A stretch of 64,000 nt of DNA from contig JBHLMQ010000012.1 of the NCBI GenBank assembly GCA_048938005.1, forward strand, positions 29,161 through 93,160. Direction: 5' to 3'. Of the stretch, positions 1 to 10,277 are shown one piece after another. This stretch comes from Promethearchaeota archaeon. Its GTDB lineage: Archaea; Asgardarchaeota; Lokiarchaeia; Sigyniarchaeales; SOKP01. Numbering within the stretch: the stretch's first letter is position 1; each line of letters starts with the position of its first letter. A program made the translations under genes and the position numbers. The notes beneath the pieces are model-generated. The model did no database searches, was not told where the DNA came from, and saw only the letters and a list, made by a program, of their open reading frames with translations.

Positions 1-2
1 TC

Positions 3-560
3 TTCCATACATTAGAAGGCGGGGCCCTTACATATAATAATTCAGAATTAAAAGATACTTTTTATCTTCTGAAAAATTTTGGGATTAATAAAAAAAATAT
101 AGAAGAAATTATATTACCAGGAACTAACGCTAAACTTAATGAGTTACAAGCAGCTATAGGACTAATAAATTTGAGTTTAATAAAAACGGAAATTGAAAAG
201 CGAAAGTATTTATCATCTATTTATAGAGAAAACCTTAATGAAGTTGAAGGGATTAAACTTGTAAATGAAAAAAAGGATGTAAAGTATAATTATCAATATT
301 TTCCGATATTAATTGATGAGGGTCAATTTAAGTTTAATAGAGATCATGTTTTTGAGTATTTAAAGAAATTTAATATATTCTCCCGCAAATATTTTTATCC
401 ATTATGTACCAATTATCAATTCTTAAAAGCTTTTATACCAAGCAACATTCCAAATGCTGAAAAGATATCAAATCAAATCTTGTGTTTACCTTTATATGGA
501 GAGCTAGCTCCACAAGATATAAAGCAAATCTGCGACATATTGAAGAGTATAAATAATTAA
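3..560 (+). CDS. DegT/DnrJ/EryC1/StrS family PLP sugar aminotransferase (VioA-like), 5'-truncated by the window edge
   Basis: Frame is open from position 3 (FHTLEGGAL...KNFG...GTNAKLNELQAAIG) into the listed ORF 171..560, which ends in the typical C-terminal RKYFYPL...ILCLPLY. Confidence 0.9.
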   Translation, partial: FHTLEGGALTYNNSELKDTFYLLKNFGINKKNIEEIILPGTNAKLNELQAAIGLINLSLIKTEIEKRKYLSSIYRENLNEVEGIKLVNEKKDVKYNYQYFPILIDEGQFKFNRDHVFEYLKKFNIFSRKYFYPLCTNYQFLKAFIPSNIPNAEKISNQILCLPLYGELAPQDIKQICDILKSINN

Positions 561-603
561 ATCATTAATTTTTAATATTTTATCATAAATTTGAGGAAAT
601 CAA

Positions 604-1182
604 ATGCATCCTTTAATAAATAAAATAAAATCTTCCATTTCCTATGGAAGGAAACCTGAAAATCTACATATTTTTGAATTTACTAAAATTATCAATCCTG
701 AATTTTTATTTGTTGGAGATAATGTGATTATTGACGATTTTTGTTTGCTTTATCCAAAAGAAGATGCTGTAATAGAAATAGGTTCATGGGTTCACATAGC
801 AAGTTTTACATCTATTACAGGAGGGCCTGTTAAAATAGGTAATTTTTGTGCTATAGCTTCTGGTTCTCGAATTATTGCTGGATCTGACCATTATGCTAAC
901 GGAGCTTTAATGAATCCACCAATCCCTGAAAAGTTTAGAAATGTTTCAAGAGAAGGGTGCATAATGGAAGATTTCAGCTTTCTCAGTGTTAATACAATTG
1001 TTTTTCCGGGAGTTAAAATTAGTGAAGGCGCTGTAATTGGTGCAGGTTCAATTGTTAGAAAGGATGTTGATCCATGGGGGGTTTATATTATGAAAGATGG
1101 GAATATGGTAAAAATAAAGGAACGAGATAAAGCAAAAACCATCCAAAATTCGATAAAATTAAAACAGGAGTTAAATTTGTAA
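604..1182 (+). CDS. Hexapeptide-repeat sugar N/O-acetyltransferase (VioB-like)
   Basis: Left-handed beta-helix repeats (VGDNVIIDDF, IGSWVHIAS, VFPGVKISEGAVIGAGSIV, DVDPWGVY); directly follows the aminotransferase. Confidence 0.85.
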   Translation: MHPLINKIKSSISYGRKPENLHIFEFTKIINPEFLFVGDNVIIDDFCLLYPKEDAVIEIGSWVHIASFTSITGGPVKIGNFCAIASGSRIIAGSDHYANGALMNPPIPEKFRNVSREGCIMEDFSFLSVNTIVFPGVKISEGAVIGAGSIVRKDVDPWGVYIMKDGNMVKIKERDKAKTIQNSIKLKQELNL

Positions 1183-1310
1183 AAATAAAAAAACGAGATT
1201 CGCTGTTAATTTATGAATAGAGATGATAGATACTCTCTTATAGAGGAAAATGTATTTATACTTTGTAAAAAAATTATGAAATAATATTTTAATTCTTTAT
1301 CACATTTATT

Positions 1311-2183
1311 ATGAAAGGAATTATATTAGCTGGTGGAAGTGGCTCAAGGCTTTATCCAATTACACATGCAATAAGTAAGCATCTAATTCCAATTTATGAT
1401 AAACCGATGATATATTATCCCTTATCTGTCCTAATGCTTGCTGGTATTAGGGAAATTCTTATAATTTCAACACCGCAGCATGTAAATCTATATAAAACAA
1501 TGTTAGGAGATGGTAGTAAGCTAGGTTTAAAATTTTTTTATATGATTCAAACTAAACCTCGCGGGTTGCCGGATGCTTTTATTGTTGGAGAAGAATTTAT
1601 AGCGGGTGAAAAAGTTGCTCTTATTCTTGGGGATAATCTTTTTTTTGGTCAAGGGTTCACACCAGTTTTAAATGAAGCATCCTCGTTAAAAGAAGGAGCA
1701 GTAATCTTTGGTTATTATGTTAATAATCCTAAAGAATTTGGTGTTGTTGAATTTGATAAAAATGGTCAAATTATCTCAATACATGAAAAACCATTAAAAC
1801 CAAAATCTAATTATGCCATTCCTGGACTTTATTTTTGCGATAATGACGTTGTAGATATGGCAAAGGCTTTAGAACACTCACCGAGAGGAGAGCTTGAGAT
1901 AACTGATTTGCTTAATGGATACCTTAAAATGGAGAAATTGCGAGTAAAACTTTTAGGAAGAGGATTCGCTTGGCTTGACACGGGTACATATGACGGATTA
2001 CTTGAGGCATCCAATTTTGTACGAACAATTCAGAAACGACAAGGACTATATATTGCATGTATCGAGGAGATTGCATATAGGAAAAGATATATTACCCGAC
2101 AAGATCTGAAAAAGATCGCAGATACCATGTTAAACACAGATTATGGGAAATACCTAAATAACATTTCCCAAGAAGAACGATAA
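1311..2183 (+). CDS. rfbA: Glucose-1-phosphate thymidylyltransferase
   Basis: MKGIILAGGSGSRLYP, YDKPMIYYPLS, LILGDN, RGELEITD, GRGFAWLDTGT. Confidence 0.97.
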   Translation: MKGIILAGGSGSRLYPITHAISKHLIPIYDKPMIYYPLSVLMLAGIREILIISTPQHVNLYKTMLGDGSKLGLKFFYMIQTKPRGLPDAFIVGEEFIAGEKVALILGDNLFFGQGFTPVLNEASSLKEGAVIFGYYVNNPKEFGVVEFDKNGQIISIHEKPLKPKSNYAIPGLYFCDNDVVDMAKALEHSPRGELEITDLLNGYLKMEKLRVKLLGRGFAWLDTGTYDGLLEASNFVRTIQKRQGLYIACIEEIAYRKRYITRQDLKKIADTMLNTDYGKYLNNISQEER

Positions 2184-2577
2184 GTAAAATATCATTCCAA
2201 ATTTTTCTGCCCAATCCAACCTGATTTAGGCAAAATTGAAGAAATATGAAATTATTATGTTTTAAGAGGCCTATAATACTTCTTATCTAAAATTGAAAAA
2301 TTGTATTGTGACTTTGCCAAGATTTTTGAAAAGAGAAAATGCATTATATAGAAGAATTCAAATATATTTAAGTGGAGGGAAGACATAAGAGAATAAAATA
2401 TTCTGGAAAAACCTGAATCCAAAATAATATAACAAATGTTATATACAATTTCCAATTATTTCTTTAATTTTAAATTTCAAGATTAATTTTATATTTCACA
2501 TTAACCAAAATAATTTTTAATTTATGAGAAAAATGGAAATTTTTTATATAAAAAATTTTAATGGGGATTTAGAATAG

Positions 2578-4185
2578 ATGGAAGAATTCTCGAGCTTTAT
2601 CCGAAATACGAGAAATTTGATTATCGGAGAAATTATCAGTTTTGCATTATCCTTCGGGATTAATTTTTTCCTCATCAGATTCCTTTCAGTTAAGGATTAT
2701 GGTAATTATAATTTAATCTTAACGGTTCCAGTGATCTTATTATATATCGCGGATTTTGGCCTTTATCATGGTTGTTCATATTACGTTGCGCGGTTAGGCA
2801 AATTAAATAAGAAAGAGCAAGTACGAAATGTTATAAAGATTACATTGGTCACTAAATCCCTAATAGGGATCGGTTTGGCTATGACTATTTATTTCCTTGC
2901 TGAGAAATTTGTTCCTCTTCTATTAGGAACACAAAACCATGTACTAATTCCTCTTGTACAATTAGCCTCAATTCTTTTAGTGACTAAAAATTTATTGGAA
3001 GCAGTCAATTCCATTTTAATCGGCTCTATAAAAATGAATTTTTTCATCATATTGCTTGTAATTCAGAATGGTACAATATTTGTTATCACAATCTTTTTGG
3101 TACTGCTTGGTTGGAACCTTTTCGGTCCAGTCGTAGGATTAGTCATTGCAACTGGTATTGCAGGATTAATGGGACTCTTTTATATCCGGAAAAACCTTTT
3201 AAGGTATAATGGAAAAAAGCAAAGTATTGATTGGAAATGTCTGCCGAAAGTAGTGAAAAGAGGGTTCTCTTATTCCCTGATATCAGTAATACATAATGTT
3301 AGATATGAGGTTTTTATTATTTTTTTAGCAATATTTGGTTTTTATACTGAAGTTAGTTATCTCAAAGTTGGAGTTGGTATTTTCGCAATTTTCTACGTGA
3401 TACTAAGACCTGTTATGATAAGTCTTTTCCCGATTTTCTCAAGGTATTCGTGGAAAATTCAAACAGAAAAAACTATTTTAAACCAAATTTTTCAATATTC
3501 CATTAAATTCTGCATTCTCTTCATTTCTCCATTGATAATATTTTGCATAATTTTTGCTTCTGAGTTAGTTCCTTTGGTCTTTGGTTTGAATTACTTGGCT
3601 GGTAGCCAATTCATATCCGTATTTTTAATTTATTTTCTACCACTCACTATTGGTATGGTGGCAGTACCATCTTTTTTTTTCAGTCAAGGTTACCAGAATC
3701 TCGCATTTTTAATAGAATTTTTTTCCTTTAGTGTAAGTATCCTTTTAGGTATTTGTTTTTCACTCTTCTTAGGAGGAGGTTTTGGATTTGCAATAGGAAT
3801 CCCTCTCGGTGCTATTTTGGGGCTTATATTTGGAATTTTGATGACCAATCAAAAATTTGGGAAGGAGCTCTTTTCAAAAACTAAAGAATCAATTTTGATC
3901 ATAGTTATTGCAGGATTATTATGTGGGCTTTTATTTGGCGGTTTTTATCTTTTCAACTTGATGATTGTGCTGGAGAACCCTATTCTCAAATTACTGATAA
4001 TCGGTGGAATATTCGTTTGTTTCTACATTTTGCTCTTAATTGTACTAATCCGGGTTAACCTTATTAGATACCAGGAAATATCTTATCTCATTCAGGAGTT
4101 CCAAAATATTCCCATTTTCAATAGGATCCTACATTTTATCTTTATTATTGGGAAAAAATTGTGGAAAAAAAAAGATGATTTTTAA
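2578..4185 (+). CDS. Wzx/MOP-superfamily oligosaccharide flippase
   Basis: About 14 hydrophobic segments; N-terminal RFLSVKDYG and ADFGL motifs; glycan cluster context. Confidence 0.85.
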   Translation: MEEFSSFIRNTRNLIIGEIISFALSFGINFFLIRFLSVKDYGNYNLILTVPVILLYIADFGLYHGCSYYVARLGKLNKKEQVRNVIKITLVTKSLIGIGLAMTIYFLAEKFVPLLLGTQNHVLIPLVQLASILLVTKNLLEAVNSILIGSIKMNFFIILLVIQNGTIFVITIFLVLLGWNLFGPVVGLVIATGIAGLMGLFYIRKNLLRYNGKKQSIDWKCLPKVVKRGFSYSLISVIHNVRYEVFIIFLAIFGFYTEVSYLKVGVGIFAIFYVILRPVMISLFPIFSRYSWKIQTEKTILNQIFQYSIKFCILFISPLIIFCIIFASELVPLVFGLNYLAGSQFISVFLIYFLPLTIGMVAVPSFFFSQGYQNLAFLIEFFSFSVSILLGICFSLFLGGGFGFAIGIPLGAILGLIFGILMTNQKFGKELFSKTKESILIIVIAGLLCGLLFGGFYLFNLMIVLENPILKLLIIGGIFVCFYILLLIVLIRVNLIRYQEISYLIQEFQNIPIFNRILHFIFIIGKKLWKKKDDF

Positions 4186-4380
4186 ACTTTAATAAAATAT
4201 AAAGTCCAGAAAAAGAAATTATTTTTTCAGATGTTGATTTTTTGTTCTTAAGGATGTTCTTTACTTGAATATGATAACTTTTTTAGTGCAGATTCATTGT
4301 TAAAATTTGGGATTTTATCATAAAACTATATTTAAAGCGATATTAATCAAAAAAATTAAAATTAACTTTTAAATGGCATT

Positions 4381-5403
4381 ATGAAAGTTTGTCTTGTTAC
4401 TGGTGGGATGGGATTTATCGGAAGTAATTTTATAAGATATGTACTTGAATCTTATAACGATTTAAAAATTATTAATGTAGATAAATTAACTTATGCGGGA
4501 AATCCTGAAAATTTAAAAGATATTGATAAAAAGTATCCTAACAAATATGAATTCTATAAAATTGATATATGTGAATTTAACGCTGTTGATGAGATAATTC
4601 TTAAGAATGATATAGATTATATCATAAATTTTGCTGCAGAATCTCATGTTGATCGTTCAATTAATAATCCAACTTTGTTTTGTGATGCCAATATTTCTGG
4701 TACAATTAGTTTATTAAACTCTGCTAAAAAAAATAAAATCAAAAAATATCTTCAAATATCTACAGACGAGGTTTATGGGTCTTTAAGCTTCAGTGACGCT
4801 CCTTGTGACGAGAATCATAAATTGCTTCCTAACAGCCCTTATTCCGCAAGCAAAGCCTCTGCTGATCTTTTAGTAAGGGCATACCACAAGAGTTTTAATC
4901 TTCCTGTAAATATAACTCGGTGTTCTAATAACTATGGACCTTATCAATTTCCTGAAAAATTAATACCATTAATGATTAATAATGCACTAAACAACAAAGA
5001 ACTACCCGTTTATGGTAAAGGAATAAATGTGAGAGATTGGATTTATGTAAAAGATCATTGCAAAGCTATTTTAAAAGTATTATTAGAAGGAAGAATTGGG
5101 GAGATTTATAATATAGGAGGAGACTCAGAGATTCCTAATATTGAATTAGTAGAACTATTGTTGAAACTTCTAGATAAACCCAAATCATTAATAACATTTG
5201 TTAAAGATAGACCTGGTCATGATTTAAGATACGCAATAAATCACAATAAAATAACAAAAGAATTAAATTGGAGACCTGAAGTAGATTTTGAAAAAGGATT
5301 AAAAATGACTGTTGATTGGTATATTTCTAATAAAAATTGGTTAGAAAATGTGACAACTAAAGAGTATTTAAAGTTTTATGAGAAACAATATAAATATAGA
5401 TAA
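4381..5403 (+). CDS. rfbB: dTDP-glucose 4,6-dehydratase
   Basis: VTGGMGFIGSNF, DKLTYAGN, AAESHVDRS, STDEVYG, YSASKAS, NNYGPYQFPEK, DRPGHDLRY. Confidence 0.97.
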   Translation: MKVCLVTGGMGFIGSNFIRYVLESYNDLKIINVDKLTYAGNPENLKDIDKKYPNKYEFYKIDICEFNAVDEIILKNDIDYIINFAAESHVDRSINNPTLFCDANISGTISLLNSAKKNKIKKYLQISTDEVYGSLSFSDAPCDENHKLLPNSPYSASKASADLLVRAYHKSFNLPVNITRCSNNYGPYQFPEKLIPLMINNALNNKELPVYGKGINVRDWIYVKDHCKAILKVLLEGRIGEIYNIGGDSEIPNIELVELLLKLLDKPKSLITFVKDRPGHDLRYAINHNKITKELNWRPEVDFEKGLKMTVDWYISNKNWLENVTTKEYLKFYEKQYKYR

Positions 5404-5495
5404 TTGTAAAATGAAAATATTAATAATAGGCATAATTTGATTTTTTTATGTACTTCTGTTTGATAATTTAAGCTCCCCTGTAATGATATTAATAT

Positions 5496-7781
5496 TTAAA
5501 TAACCCAATAATACGGAGTACTCCTTCCATCTTCACTTTTTGAAACACAGATTCTATTTAAATAAGTTAAATTATAATACATTTCAATCTCTTCATCGGT
5601 TAAATAACCAATTAATTCTGAACCTGATACTAAAAGATAACTATCGGTTACTATTAAGAAAACATCCTTTCCTGAATCATTTTTTAATTCAACAAGGATA
5701 TTTGTTCCATTTTGTATATGTAGCCTAGGATTTAGATAGTCTTCTGAAACTGTAAGAAAAAGTATAATGGAAGTAAGTGGGCGAGATGCATTATTTTCAT
5801 CAAAAGGATAATCATAATAAATAAAAATGGGACCCCATCCAAATTCTGCTATTATAACATTTTGATTAGAAGTATAGTTAGAATACCATTGAACAGTGCT
5901 TACCTCTCGTCTTTTTAAACTATAAAATTCAATTGAGGATTGAGCTTCGAAATAAGTAGCAAATAAAGAGAAAGTTATTATAAATATCATAAAAAATTTT
6001 AATTTTATTTTCTGTATTGAGTTGGCTTTAACTAATTTATAGAAATACGATACAAATCCAATAGCAATTAATATAGATGATAAATAAAATATTCTAGAAA
6101 AAAAAGTAAATGAGCCTGTAATGAAATCAAATAAAAAACCAGCAATTAAAATAATTCCTAATGCAAATCCCCATAATAACAATGGTTTTCCCCTTGGTTT
6201 GTATTGGAGTATCCATAATCCCCAAATTGCAAACGCGCATATAATTAATATTTCAAATCCAGTAAAAACTACTACAAGGCTAAATTTAAACAACAATATA
6301 TTAGTAATCGCGAAGATGAATGTAAATATTATACCAAAAGTAAAAATGAGAGGAAAAAGTAATTTTTCTTCTATTTTTTTTAATATTTTATGTTTTTTCC
6401 CTTTAATAATTAAAGAATATCTACCCCTCTCAAAGCTCATTGACTTACGATAATGTAAAAGTACGAATCCTTCCAATATTCCAAATATTATTACCCCAAA
6501 TAAAATATAGTACCATGATATGGTGGTTAATCTATTAAAAACAATGAAATGTCCAGTACTAATATTTAAAAAATAAAAGATAAAAAAGATACATAAACAA
6601 CCACATAATAAAATAAAATCATTACCTCTCCTATAACTTTTAAAAAAATAAATTAAATAAACCCATAAGAAAGAAATTAAAAAAATCATAGCGATTAATG
6701 AATGAACCAAGAGACAACTAATAAAAATTATGATAAATAAAAAATATGTAAAAAACATGCCAGAGAAAATCTGCTCCTTACTTGGTTCTTTTTCTTTAAT
6801 TAAACTTTGCAATCTTATATATAAAAGAAAAAATAATGTTATTCCTTGAATTAAGGCTAAACTAGAAGGCCAAAACTGAGACATCATACTTAAGAATCCT
6901 AATGATGAAAAAACTAAAATATAAATCCCAAATATTGCTAAATTCTTATTTCTAAAAATCCTCATAAAGAGATTATATATAATTATAGAAGATAATGGAA
7001 ACGTATAAAAAACAAAAAATTTGGGAATTAAAAAAATATCTATTCCTGAAAAAAAATGGAATATAGCCCCAAAAATGTGGAATCCAAAGGTGCCGAAATA
7101 ATCAGTTAAAGGCAAATAATTTATATCTGTTATAAATTTAATAATTGAAATATGCATCCAAGGGTCTGTTCCTATAAATATACTAGTCCCAAAAATTCCT
7201 AAGATACAAACCAAAAAAATAAAAATACTTAATAAAACAGAGGTTGAAAATCTAAACTTTTTAATAGAATTTAAAATAGAAAAATTCTCAATAAAATTAT
7301 TTTTATAATCAGAAGTAAATTTTAATTCAATTATATTAAATTTTCCTTTCTTCAAATCAATAATAAAAATCCATAAAATAATTAATAAGTAAGTTATCAA
7401 CAAAATAAAGAAGAAAAACAATCCAGTTAAAGCAAATCCTAAATAAAAGCCAAAAATTCCAACAAGTATATAAAAGGATAAATTAGCTACAAAGGTAATA
7501 GCTAATCGTTCTAAAAAATTCAATTTTTTTTTTTTAAATATAATAAAAACAATCGGATAAAGAGGTAAAAATAAGAGTGTAAACCCTGTACTTATATAAA
7601 CAATTAAATGAAAAAACCAATCTAAAAAAATAATTTGCGATAAACCAGAAACTATATTAAAATTTATAATTCTGAGAAATATAAATATTAAGGATATTAT
7701 AGAGATTAATATTATAAATAGATGAATCCTTATTTTTATGAAAAAAATTATAGTATTAAATTTCAAATTTTGAATTTTCAT
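5496..7781 (-). CDS. Large polytopic membrane protein, possible GT-C-fold glycosyltransferase
   Basis: 761 aa with many TM segments; GTDPWMH in an early external loop; short soluble C-terminal domain. Confidence 0.55.
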   Translation of the reverse strand: MKIQNLKFNTIIFFIKIRIHLFIILISIISLIFIFLRIINFNIVSGLSQIIFLDWFFHLIVYISTGFTLLFLPLYPIVFIIFKKKKLNFLERLAITFVANLSFYILVGIFGFYLGFALTGLFFFFILLITYLLIILWIFIIDLKKGKFNIIELKFTSDYKNNFIENFSILNSIKKFRFSTSVLLSIFIFLVCILGIFGTSIFIGTDPWMHISIIKFITDINYLPLTDYFGTFGFHIFGAIFHFFSGIDIFLIPKFFVFYTFPLSSIIIYNLFMRIFRNKNLAIFGIYILVFSSLGFLSMMSQFWPSSLALIQGITLFFLLYIRLQSLIKEKEPSKEQIFSGMFFTYFLFIIIFISCLLVHSLIAMIFLISFLWVYLIYFFKSYRRGNDFILLCGCLCIFFIFYFLNISTGHFIVFNRLTTISWYYILFGVIIFGILEGFVLLHYRKSMSFERGRYSLIIKGKKHKILKKIEEKLLFPLIFTFGIIFTFIFAITNILLFKFSLVVVFTGFEILIICAFAIWGLWILQYKPRGKPLLLWGFALGIILIAGFLFDFITGSFTFFSRIFYLSSILIAIGFVSYFYKLVKANSIQKIKLKFFMIFIITFSLFATYFEAQSSIEFYSLKRREVSTVQWYSNYTSNQNVIIAEFGWGPIFIYYDYPFDENNASRPLTSIILFLTVSEDYLNPRLHIQNGTNILVELKNDSGKDVFLIVTDSYLLVSGSELIGYLTDEEIEMYYNLTYLNRICVSKSEDGRSTPYYWVI

Positions 7782-7902
7782 TATAATAAAATATTTTACT
7801 TAATTTTTAAATCAATTTTATAATTATTGCAATACCAATTTAAATAATCCTTTAGATCTTGCTCTTGATTATACTCGAGCTCGAATTTAATTAGATCTTT
7901 TG

Positions 7903-7920
7903 CTTTAGATATATCTAAAG
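7903..7920. promoter_or_regulatory. Perfect 18-bp palindrome in a divergent intergenic region
   Basis: CTTTAGATA|TATCTAAAG, between divergently transcribed genes and followed by a T-run. Confidence 0.35.
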
Positions 7921-8146
7921 TTTTTTTATTTTCAAAAGACAAAATCAAACAAATAAAATTATTTAAGTCATTATTAAAATTTGATGAATATTACATTTAT
8001 TTTTTTATTTAATTAATATTAATTGTATTCGATTTTGAAATAATAAAAATACATTAAATAAATAAAATTATTAAAAGATTTAATTTAGGTATCAATATTT
8101 TTCATTAAAAAAAAATTTATGATAATTTGAAATTTTTTCCTAAGTT

Positions 8147-9118
8147 ATGATTAAAAATAAAACCATTATAATAACGGGCGCTGCTGGTTTTATAGGGACT
8201 CATTTGACAGAATTATTATTGAAAAATAATAATTTTTTGTTATTAATTGACAACTTTAATGATTATTATTCAGGTAAAGAAGAACAGTTAAAAGAAATAA
8301 CAAAAAATTATCAGAATAAAAAAGATTTTATTCTATTTAGAGAAGATCTTACAAATAAATCCTTGTACAAAAACATGGAATATGAAATTGATTATATTTT
8401 CCATCTTGCTGCTCAAGCAGGCGTAAGATACTCGATTATGCATGCTACTGAAGTTAGTAAAAACAATATTATAAGCACCATTAACATATTCGAATATGCT
8501 CTTAAAATAAAGACAATTGAAAAAATTGTTTATGCATCATCTTCATCAGTATATGGGAATCCTATTTATACTCCTGTTGATGAAGATCATCCAAAAAATC
8601 CTATTTCACCATATGCAATATCAAAATTATGTGGAGAAATCTATGCAAATTATTATTATCAAGAATATAATTTACCAATTACCTCATTAAGATTCTATAG
8701 TGTTTATGGACCAAGGGGTAGACCAGACATGGCTATAAGAAAATTTTTTAATCTAATGTTTAAAAATAAAGAAATATCAATATATGGAACCGGTGAACAA
8801 ATTAGAGATTTCACTTATATCTCAGACATTATAAATGGATTAATATTAGCTTGTGAAAGAGATGCATCTAATGGAGAAATTTTTAATTTAGGGTGTTCAA
8901 ATCCCATAAGTATTAATGATTTAGTAAATAAAATGTACAAAATAACAAATAAACAAAGAAAAATTAATTATATCGATAAACAACAAGGAGATGTTGATAT
9001 TACCCATTCAAATATAAATAAGGCAAAAAATCTTTTAAACTACACTCCAAAAATTGGAATAGATGAAGGATTATTATCTCAATATCAATGGCAGATTAAA
9101 ATTTTATCAAAAAATTGA
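8147..9118 (+). CDS. NAD-dependent NDP-sugar epimerase (UDP-glucuronate 4-epimerase-like)
   Basis: TGAAGFIG, HLAAQAGVRYS, ASSSSVYG, SPYAISK, VYGPRGRPDMA. Confidence 0.9.
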   Translation: MIKNKTIIITGAAGFIGTHLTELLLKNNNFLLLIDNFNDYYSGKEEQLKEITKNYQNKKDFILFREDLTNKSLYKNMEYEIDYIFHLAAQAGVRYSIMHATEVSKNNIISTINIFEYALKIKTIEKIVYASSSSVYGNPIYTPVDEDHPKNPISPYAISKLCGEIYANYYYQEYNLPITSLRFYSVYGPRGRPDMAIRKFFNLMFKNKEISIYGTGEQIRDFTYISDIINGLILACERDASNGEIFNLGCSNPISINDLVNKMYKITNKQRKINYIDKQQGDVDITHSNINKAKNLLNYTPKIGIDEGLLSQYQWQIKILSKN

Positions 9119-9320
9119 AAAATCTTTACATACTTACCACTTTAAAAAAATCTTTAACATTTCTTTTCAAATTAAGCGAAAATCAACTTTTTAATTTTAT
9201 ATATCTTACAAATTTAATAATTAAATAAATTTTAAATTGAATAATATTAATATTAATCCCAATAAAATTCCAAAAAACTTAACTTGAAAAAGTAGAGAAC
9301 TAATAAAAGGAGCCTTATTT

Positions 9321-10178
9321 TTGAAAACTTTAAGTTCAAAGAGGAAAACAAAAACCTTAAAAAATAGATCTGAAACAAAAGATGGTAATACAAAATACTT
9401 ATATCAAGATTTATACGATTACATCAAAAATTTCAAAACTAAAGAAGGTCAGATCCTTATCTCAATTATTTTACCTATGTATAATGAAGAAAAGACAATA
9501 AAAGTAGTTTTAGAGGAATTACCATATAATAACTCTATAGAGATTATCGTTGTTAATGATCATTCAACTGATAACAGTTTAAAAGAAATTGAAAAAGTTA
9601 AATTAAAAAGAGCGATTAAGGTAATAAATCATAAAAGAAATCGGGGTTATGGAGATGCGATAGTTTCAGGAATTTCACATGCGAATGGTAATATTATTGT
9701 AACTATGGATTCAGATGGTCAACACAGTTCTGATGATATCTTTTTTTTAGTAAAACCAATATTCGATGGGGAAGCGGATTATACAATAGGTTCAAGGTAT
9801 AAAGGAACTTACTTTTATAAATTACCTGTGTTAACTAGATTAGGAGAAGTACTAGTAGAAAAATTAATACAAATATTTTTTGGTAAAAGAGTAATGAATA
9901 ATCAGACGGGATTCCGCGCTTTTAGTAGAAAAGTTCTTCCTATTTTTGATAATATCAAATATCATAGATATGCTTTTTGTACAGAACAAATTTTAAAAGT
10001 TTCATTATCGGGATTTAAGATAAAAGAATGCCCAATCAAAGTTTATAGACGTGAATATGGATCCTCAAGTATTATATTAACAACATTAGCTAGAAGAATT
10101 TTTTCTTGTTTATTTTATTATTATATTCAAAAATTGAAATTAATGATGAAAAAAAGAAATAAAAATCGAAAATTTTGA
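9321..10178 (+). CDS. GT2 glycosyltransferase, DPM1/polyprenol-phosphate glycosyltransferase-like
   Basis: SIILPMYNEE, VVNDHSTD, NRGYGDA, MDSDGQH, IGSRY, QTGFRAF; AGGAG upstream of a TTG start. Confidence 0.9.
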   Translation: MKTLSSKRKTKTLKNRSETKDGNTKYLYQDLYDYIKNFKTKEGQILISIILPMYNEEKTIKVVLEELPYNNSIEIIVVNDHSTDNSLKEIEKVKLKRAIKVINHKRNRGYGDAIVSGISHANGNIIVTMDSDGQHSSDDIFFLVKPIFDGEADYTIGSRYKGTYFYKLPVLTRLGEVLVEKLIQIFFGKRVMNNQTGFRAFSRKVLPIFDNIKYHRYAFCTEQILKVSLSGFKIKECPIKVYRREYGSSSIILTTLARRIFSCLFYYYIQKLKLMMKKRNKNRKF

Positions 10179-10277
10179 AATCCTAAAATTATATATACAA
10201 TTTTAATTTGAAACTTTTAAAAATCAATTATTAATAAAAACAAAAAATTTTTGATATTTTAGTACTTCTAAGATACT

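Noticed and set aside
2184-2577. Intergenic stretch with the 66-aa ORF 2255..2455 and a short plus-strand open frame
   Set aside because: No recognisable homology; may be decayed coding DNA but this cannot be supported
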